Below, piece after piece: positions 58,079 through 64,000 of a DNA stretch of 64,000 bases. The translations under genes and the position numbers were made by a program. The stretch is from the NCBI GenBank assembly GCA_963724295.1, contig CAVRUC010000002.1, forward strand, positions 160,001 through 224,000, written 5' to 3'. Below the pieces are notes generated by a model. It did not search any database. It saw only the letters and a program-made list of their open reading frames with translations, and was not told where the DNA came from. Numbering within the stretch: the stretch's first letter is position 1; the number at the start of each line of letters is the position of its first letter. Source of the stretch: an uncultured Chloroflexia bacterium (lineage in GTDB: Bacteria > Chloroflexota > Chloroflexia > Thermomicrobiales > UBA6265).

Positions 58079-58891
58079 TCAATGGCAGCCACTTGGTGGA
58101 TTGAATGCCCAGGTCATCGCAGACGTCAGCTCACGGTTCGAGTTCGGGGTTGCCGCGACGGACGATGTGGAGTCCCACGCCCGAACCCAGGAAAAACTCT
58201 CCGGATCATCTATGTTTTCAAGTTGCACAGAGACGAGCAAGAGGCCCGAGTCGGCTTCCGGCATTGGGGTTCGCGCTGAGGTTGCGGCTCCTTGATCGCT
58301 TGCTGCAGTTTCCGTCTCGAGCTCTGACCTTGTGCCATGAAGCAGGCACCAGAGGCAGAGAGCATCCCCTTGGGCAATGACTATATCTCCAGGTTTTACC
58401 TGGATTGCTCTGTTTAGTGGAAGGGCACACATATTCGTACAAATATTCCCCGCCGCATCCCTGACGTACCGATGTTGAGGTACGACGTATGGTGGCTCCT
58501 GGGTACTTGGAAGATCCACAAACTGAATGGGTGCCTCGCCGGCGGGGTCAACGATGAATGTTCCTTTTTCACCGACTTGAAGTGCGAAGATTCCTTGCTT
58601 GACTTCGACCACCATGAACTCTGTCTCGAACGTTGGACTATTGTCGTCTCTCGATAGGTTCTCCAAACGGGCATACTGCTCTGCGAAGTAGACCTCGTAT
58701 GGCTGAAGCACAGGACCTCTTTGAGGTGTCTGTGTCCCATTCTGGACGCGGGGACGAGTGACTCCTTCGAATTGCTCGGCGCTGGAAGGACGACCAAAGT
58801 CTGATTCTTTGTCCTGCGCTGCGGCAGGGAAGAAAGCAACTGGGGCAATCGCAACAGCAATAAGGATTGCGAGCATAAGCCGACGGCGCAT
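58079..58891 (-). CDS. Secreted Cys-motif hypothetical protein (paralog of 53984-54847)
   Basis: AAGGAG RBS, signal peptide, CTNMC, VKPGD, CLWCL, FSW, terminal WAFNPPSGCH. Confidence 0.85.
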   Translation of the reverse strand: MRRRLMLAILIAVAIAPVAFFPAAAQDKESDFGRPSSAEQFEGVTRPRVQNGTQTPQRGPVLQPYEVYFAEQYARLENLSRDDNSPTFETEFMVVEVKQGIFALQVGEKGTFIVDPAGEAPIQFVDLPSTQEPPYVVPQHRYVRDAAGNICTNMCALPLNRAIQVKPGDIVIAQGDALCLWCLLHGTRSELETETAASDQGAATSARTPMPEADSGLLLVSVQLENIDDPESFSWVRAWDSTSSVAATPNSNRELTSAMTWAFNPPSGCH

Positions 58892-58950
58892 CAGGGACTC
58901 CTTCCAGCAATGCTCCAGAATGGCTACCCGGCAATACGCTAAGGAAACTC

Positions 58951-58979
58951 AGAATATCGCTAGTGAGTAATAATAGCAA
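58951..58979 (-). promoter_or_regulatory. Sigma70-type promoter
   Basis: Minus strand TTGCTA-N17-TATTCT in an AT-rich patch. Confidence 0.6.
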
Positions 58980-59323
58980 TAGCTACTATCTTGCTCTTCA
59001 TTAATAACCAGTCGATCCCGTGATCTCGGCAGAGACAGGGGCTTTGCAACTCATCTTGCTTGCTTGGGAGTCGGCTACTTGCTGTTCCCGGAACGTCACC
59101 CTCTGTTCGATACCGATCTGCTCGACCACCTCATCAGCGGCCAAGGACGCTCGCTCTCACTCGAGCGCCCGGGGCTGGGCTTCCCGAAGACATGGGTCAT
59201 GAAGGTGATCGCCAATACTGGGACATCATCGATCTGGGTGATCGTCTGCAGGGCTGGCAGGGTTCCTTACTTTCGGCGAACTCCGCGTTGTCCCTTCCCG
59301 GTCACCACGTTCACGGGGCAAAC

Positions 59324-59380
59324 CTAGGTAGAAATCTCCGTAGTTGTGCCGATGGTAGCGGGATGTGGTGGACGCATGCT
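59324..59380 (+). promoter_or_regulatory. Operator/promoter element copy D
   Basis: CTAGGTAG-N4-CTCCGTAG-TTGTGCCGATG-N20-CATGCT. Confidence 0.75.
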
Positions 59381-59420
59381 TGGAGGGTATTACCGAGAGT
59401 CACATCGAAGGAGCCCAAGC

Positions 59421-59741
59421 ATGAACGCGTATACGACGAGAGGCGAGGCCAGGATTCAGCCGCGCGACGTTTCGACCGCCCTGCGAATGGGTGGGATCTC
59501 GCCTGGTGCCTCCCTCGTCGCACTTGAAAGGCAGCGCGGGTGGCAAGCCGAAGCCGAGGCGGAGCGACTGTTGAAGCAATGCCGAGTCACGTCGAGTGCG
59601 AGCACATCGCGCGTCTCGCTGCTTCGGCAGACGATCGGTGTGGCGCTGGTCCGCGCCGGAGAGCGCCTGACCGGCTCTTCCCGGAGGGACGCGTCGGTGG
59701 AATCGCTCCCTGTTGGGGGCACGCTCAGCTCAGCCAACTGA
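59421..59741 (+). CDS. Small helical hypothetical protein (106 aa)
   Basis: AAGGAG RBS; ALERQRGWQAEAEAERLLKQ...LRQTIGVALVRAGERL; two paralogous copies nearby. Confidence 0.8.
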   Translation: MNAYTTRGEARIQPRDVSTALRMGGISPGASLVALERQRGWQAEAEAERLLKQCRVTSSASTSRVSLLRQTIGVALVRAGERLTGSSRRDASVESLPVGGTLSSAN

Positions 59742-59778
59742 CCGCTTAGATCGCGGACGAGGTGCGCAGGTTACGTCC

Positions 59779-60300
59779 ATGACAGCGATCACTGACTCAG
59801 CAGTGCCGCCCGCCCTTGGTCCGAGCAGTTACTCGTTGGTTATGCTCGTTGTTGGCCTGGTTGCCATTATCAGTAGCGTCAGCTTGCTCGTCGACGGCGC
59901 AATGCTGCCCGATCCGCTATCGCTCCCCGTGGATATCCCCGGTGTGGTGGTGAACCGAGTTGCGGCAGCCCCAGTTGTCCCAGGTCGAGACGCGGTGCAG
60001 GGCACCGGAGTTCTGCGTTTCCACGTCACCGCCAATGAATCGACCGTCGCCGATCGCGGAGCAAGTCTGGCTATGACTCATGAACACCTCGGAGCAGTAC
60101 CGGCCGCACGCGTCTCGACCGGTGCTGATGGCCGAAAGCAGACCAATCGGACAACTGCGGATCCAGCGGCTGAGCTGGCAAGGGGCACGCGCGCGGAGTC
60201 AGTCCAATTGGCGACAATTGAGACCCGTTGGGATGATCCGCGAGCGTTGCTCCTCCGTACCGCGGCCTGGAGTCGCGACCGCGGGTGGACCAACGCGTGA
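59779..60300 (+). CDS. Hypothetical protein with one TM helix
   Basis: ORF following the small protein; hydrophobic LVMLVVGLVAIISSVSLLV; no motif recognised. Confidence 0.45.
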   Translation: MTAITDSAVPPALGPSSYSLVMLVVGLVAIISSVSLLVDGAMLPDPLSLPVDIPGVVVNRVAAAPVVPGRDAVQGTGVLRFHVTANESTVADRGASLAMTHEHLGAVPAARVSTGADGRKQTNRTTADPAAELARGTRAESVQLATIETRWDDPRALLLRTAAWSRDRGWTNA

Positions 60301-60653
60301 CGCGGTAGTCTGTCCAGGCAACCGCGTCCCTCACCGCGAGTCCGTCACTGGCAGCCGCATCGTGGCCAGGAGCCATGAAGCCTTTGCCACCATAGCTGCA
60401 GCGCGATGACCACCTGCGCCGCAATCTCCGGGTCGATCAACCGCTGGGTGATAGGAAGATAGATACGAATTTCTTGTCTGGCAACTCTGCGTCGAATCTC
60501 TTGCACCATGCTTGCCGTTCCGGATGTTCGACGTCGGAAGGTCTGACGGCGAAACCAAGGTTTCATCCCGTATTGTCGGCGAGCTATTTCCCGAGCCGCA
60601 CGTCGAAATGGAGCCGTAGCAACGCACGTCGCTTGTGGAGGCGTTAGAGACTT

Positions 60654-61166
60654 GTGGCCATGTCGGTAGACAGTAAAGTGTCACAGCTTGGAAGGGCGGA
60701 GCGTCAGCAGTACCGGTTCGAGCCGATGTCCCAGCGGCAGGCGCGTGCCGTCGCCGCTTGGCGCTACGACCCGCCCTACGACTTCTACGACATGGTGGCC
60801 GACCCGGAGGACCTCGCCGAGCTTCTCGACCCGGTGCAGCGTGCCGGCCGCGACTTCGCTGTTCTGGGCGACCCGGGCGGTCTCGTGGGGTCCTTCATGT
60901 TCAAGCACCAGGGGGACACGGTCGAGGTCGGACTGGGGCTGCGGCCCGACCGCACTGGCTGTGGGGATGGGCTCTCCTTCCTGCTCGCGGGTCTGGAGTT
61001 CGCGTGTGGGCGGTACGCACCGGCGCGGTTCCGGCTGGCGGTTGCCGCCTTCAACCCGCGGGCCATCCGTGTCTACGAGCGGGCGGGGTTCCGTCAGGGC
61101 GAATCGTACATGCACCGAACCAATGGGGGCGAGCACGCGTTCGTGCGCATGGAGCGGCCGGCATGA
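60654..61166 (+). CDS. GNAT (RimJ/RimL-like) acetyltransferase
   Basis: WRYDPPYDFYD, VGLGLRPDRTG.G.G, LAVAAFNPRAIRVYERAGF; start uncertain. Confidence 0.88.
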   Translation: MAMSVDSKVSQLGRAERQQYRFEPMSQRQARAVAAWRYDPPYDFYDMVADPEDLAELLDPVQRAGRDFAVLGDPGGLVGSFMFKHQGDTVEVGLGLRPDRTGCGDGLSFLLAGLEFACGRYAPARFRLAVAAFNPRAIRVYERAGFRQGESYMHRTNGGEHAFVRMERPA

Positions 61167-61240
61167 TGTTGGACGCGCGCCCACTCCCAGCCCGGTTCGA
61201 TACATTGAGTACCGGCTCCAGCCGTTTCTACTCCTGAATG

Positions 61241-61272
61241 ACGCCGGGACCCCCAATTGGGGGTCCCGGCGT
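61241..61272. repeat. Perfect 32-bp palindrome between convergent genes
   Basis: ACGCCGGGACCCCCAATTGGGGGTCCCGGCGT equals its own reverse complement. Confidence 0.9.
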
Positions 61273-61408
61273 AACCGCTTCGCTGCGGGCTCAGAACGCT
61301 TTTCAGCTGGGCAATCCTCCTGGTCTGCGACAACCGCAGATGTTGTCGTGAGGACTGGTGAACGGAAAGTGCGCCCCGGGGAATGAGGTTTGGAGCGCTC
61401 TGCCGAAT

Positions 61409-62134
61409 CTACTGGGCCGGCATCGTCTCGAAATCGAGCAGTTCAATGTAGCCGCCCGGGAACTCCTCGCGGACGAGGCCGACGCCGGGGCAGTAGTACT
61501 TCTGCTCTGTCGTTCCATCGAGCAGCTCGAGGTCCTCGGTCTGAATGCAGCCCGCGAAGGTGCCGTTAGCGGTGGTCACTGTTTGGTCGATGGCAATCAC
61601 TTTGGATTGGGCTTCCGCGACGCCGGGAATCTGCTCCTGATCGAAGGTATTTCCGACCGTCGGAGCAGGCGGCATGAAGACTCCCGGCGGATTGCCGTTC
61701 GGCTCCGTGAGCCAGGCACCCTCATGGCCGACGACTCGCCCATCCTGGAGCTCGTTGACGCGCTCGCCGAGATAGTAGACCGTGCCATCCGGCGCTTGCG
61801 CGAAGTAATCCTCGGTGGTCTTTCCCAGCTCGCCGTTGTAGTAGTCATCAACCTTCACGACGGTTACTGACACGCCGGCCACCTGTTCCGACCGCGTCAG
61901 CACCCTCTCTTCAATCCGGAGCGCGATCGTCTCGCCAGTCTCGTCGATCTCCTCGCCGGTGAAGATCTTCACCGGGACCGAAGTAAGCGGAACAAGCGGG
62001 TGATCGACCGCGGGCGAAAGTTCATCCAGGCTGTGCGCTGGCATCCCCTCTAACGTAGCGGCACCACTGGAACCTGGAAGCGCGAACCCAACCGCAACCA
62101 TGACGCTCATAAGACCCAGCCAAGACCGTTTCAT
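61409..62134 (-). CDS. Secreted beta-rich hypothetical protein
   Basis: GGAGG RBS; signal peptide; TEDYFAQAPDGTVYYLGE, PGVFMP, EQKYYCPGVGLVRE. Confidence 0.85.
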   Translation of the reverse strand: MKRSWLGLMSVMVAVGFALPGSSGAATLEGMPAHSLDELSPAVDHPLVPLTSVPVKIFTGEEIDETGETIALRIEERVLTRSEQVAGVSVTVVKVDDYYNGELGKTTEDYFAQAPDGTVYYLGERVNELQDGRVVGHEGAWLTEPNGNPPGVFMPPAPTVGNTFDQEQIPGVAEAQSKVIAIDQTVTTANGTFAGCIQTEDLELLDGTTEQKYYCPGVGLVREEFPGGYIELLDFETMPAQ

Positions 62135-62304
62135 GCCACCCTCCAAACTCTCTGGACGCTCGACAGGTCAATCCTGCCAATGCTCTTCCATCCTTCCATT
62201 CGCACATGACATTCAAATGAAGTTTCACTCGTTGGGATCGGATATCAGAGCCTGGGGCCGCTGCCAACGTCTGATGAGTCCTCGCGCGCACAAACTCCGC
62301 ATAC

Positions 62305-62362
62305 ATACCTAGTTGGAATACGCATTCATACCGATGTGATGCGGACTCCATCGGCGCACTAT
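62305..62362 (+). promoter_or_regulatory. Operator/promoter element copy E
   Basis: ATACCTAG-N5-ATACGCAT-TCATACCGATG-N20-CACTAT upstream of the RND gene. Confidence 0.55.
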
Positions 62363-62476
62363 GGCTGCGGTGTCGACAGGTGAGTACGCGGAGCTTCCGG
62401 AGGCCCGTCTGCTTCTGTCAAAAGGGCACCCCAGGGTTTGAGACAGGACTCTGCAAACGTAGAAAGGACCCTGTTA

Positions 62477-64000
62477 ATGATGCGTTCGATTGTCGAATCG
62501 AGCTTGAAGCTGCGGCTCCTCGTCGTAGCAATCGCCGTGGGCGTGATGGTCCTCGGCATCGGGAAAATGCAACACATGCCGGTGGACGTCCTACCGGAGT
62601 TCATCCCGACAATCGTGGAGATCCAGACCGAAGCGCTCGGGCTCTCCGCGGCCGAAGTCGAGCAGATGATCACCGTCCCCATGGAGCAGGACCTGCTCAA
62701 TGGGGTTGCCTGGCTGGCCGACATCCGGTCCGAGTCGGTTCCCGGGCTCTCCCGGATCCAGATGATCTTCGAACCGGGAACGGATCCCATGCGCGCGCGC
62801 CAGGTCGTGCAAGAACGACTCACCCAGGCGCATGCGCTGCCAAACGTGTCCAAAGCGCCGCAGATGATCGAGCCCCAGGCGTCGACGAGCCGGGTCATGA
62901 TGGTCCGCATGTCCTCGCAGGAGCTCACCCCGATCGAGATGTCAGTGCTCGCGCGCTGGAACATCAAGCCGCATGTCTTGAGCGTGCCCGGTGTCTCGAA
63001 CGTGGCCATCTTCGGCCAGCGCGAACGCCAGATCCAGGTCCAGGTGGACCCGGAGAAACTGCGCTCGCTCGGTGTTTCGCTGCTCGATGTCGTCGAGACT
63101 ACCGGCAATGCCTTGTGGGTCTCGCCGCTGAGCTTCCTGGAAGCGTCGACGCCAGGCACCGGCGGGTTTATTGATACCCCGAATCAGCGGCTCACGGTGC
63201 AGCACATCTCGCCGTTGCAGACTGCCGAGGACCTGGCTCAGGTGCCGGTCGATGTTGGAAGTAGCGACGATGCGTCCGGCAGTCAGCAGCCATTGCGCCT
63301 CGGTGACGTGGCTACCGTGATCGAAGACCACCAGCCGCTCATCGGCGACGCCGTCGCGCCGGATGCCGCCAATGACCTCATGCTGGTCATCGAAAAAGTT
63401 CCCAACGCCAACACCCTCGAGGTGACGCAGAGCGTGGAAGACGCGCTGGCCGCGCTCGCTCCGGGTCTCTCCGGCGTCGAGTTCGACACAACCGTCTACC
63501 GGCCGGCCTCCTTCATCGAGATGGCGATGGGCAATCTCGCCCCGGCACTGCTCGCCGGTGGCGTGCTGGCCGTGCTCGCGCTCGGCGTGTTCTTTGTTGA
63601 TTGGCGGACCGCTCTGATCGGAGCCGTTGCCATTCCGCTCTCATTAGTCGCGGCTGTGTTCGTACTCTACCTGCGCGGAATGACCTTCAATGCCATCCTC
63701 GTGGCTGGGCTCGTGGCTGCCCTCGGCGTCATCATCGACGATGTCGTCAGCGACGTCGACATGATCAAGCGGCGGCTGCGGGAGAACCAGGAGAACGGTA
63801 ACGAGCGGTCGGCGGCCGGGGTCATCCTCGACGCAGTACAAGAGACGCGCGGTCCTGCCGTTTATGGGACCCTCATCGTCCTCCTGGCCCTGGTACCCGC
63901 CTTCCTGGTTGGCTTTGCGGGGGGTCTCCCCGGTGCGTTCTTCGCTCCGGTGGCTCTCTCCTACGGGCTCGCGCTCCTGGTCTCCTTCGTCGTCGCGCTG
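62477..64000 (+). CDS. RND efflux permease (CusA/CzcA/AcrB family); 3' end runs off the window
   Basis: Manual translation MMRSIVESSLKLRLLVV...MPVDVLPEF...EALGLSAAEVEQMITVPMEQ...AIPLSL...GVIIDD; AAAGGA RBS; open to the window end. Confidence 0.93.
   Translation, partial: MMRSIVESSLKLRLLVVAIAVGVMVLGIGKMQHMPVDVLPEFIPTIVEIQTEALGLSAAEVEQMITVPMEQDLLNGVAWLADIRSESVPGLSRIQMIFEPGTDPMRARQVVQERLTQAHALPNVSKAPQMIEPQASTSRVMMVRMSSQELTPIEMSVLARWNIKPHVLSVPGVSNVAIFGQRERQIQVQVDPEKLRSLGVSLLDVVETTGNALWVSPLSFLEASTPGTGGFIDTPNQRLTVQHISPLQTAEDLAQVPVDVGSSDDASGSQQPLRLGDVATVIEDHQPLIGDAVAPDAANDLMLVIEKVPNANTLEVTQSVEDALAALAPGLSGVEFDTTVYRPASFIEMAMGNLAPALLAGGVLAVLALGVFFVDWRTALIGAVAIPLSLVAAVFVLYLRGMTFNAILVAGLVAALGVIIDDVVSDVDMIKRRLRENQENGNERSAAGVILDAVQETRGPAVYGTLIVLLALVPAFLVGFAGGLPGAFFAPVALSYGLALLVSFVVAL

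Noticed and set aside
59040..59300. Possible gene remnant on the minus strand (...EVVEQIGIEQRVTFRE...)
   Set aside because: Short, with no start or continuous frame; any similarity to glycosyltransferases is too weak to support.
60331..60640. Possible remnant with a SYHPA motif (uracil-DNA glycosylase-like)
   Set aside because: One short motif with no supporting context.
1..64000. IS elements, integrases, prophage, tRNA or rRNA
   Set aside because: No transposase, integrase or phage motifs and no tRNA- or rRNA-like sequence recognised by eye; short remnants could be missed.

Overview
High-GC bacterial chromosome segment, probably Chloroflexota, Thermomicrobiales-like. This is an inference from the expanded NB-ARC-TPR regulators, the 'ATP(V/A)A' linkers in exported proteins and the L34 sequence. 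Core and metabolic genes include sufS (partial), a class B PBP, a class III aminotransferase, a MATE/APH/GNAT cluster, a SAM-I riboswitch-controlled ssuBAC-like ABC transporter, the rpmH-rnpA-yidD-yidC-jag-pfkB operon and a partial RND permease. No rRNA, tRNA, CRISPR array or transposase was seen. Main observations: (1) three STAND (NB-ARC-TPR) proteins with different output domains (LuxR; XRE plus a degenerate cyclase; intact cyclase), each beside small unannotated proteins and/or secreted repeat or Cys-rich proteins; (2) a fixed-geometry operator/promoter element in five copies (1851, 56241, 57128, 59324, 62305); (3) a KdpDE-like pair without kdpFABC, with an identically spaced four-box site upstream of both an APC transporter and a hidden 54-aa peptide; (4) a secreted protein with 8 CnaB-like repeats; (5) two Rpf-like muramidases behind a structured leader; (6) several intergenic short-repeat families. 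All assignments come from reading the sequence by eye; no database searches were run.
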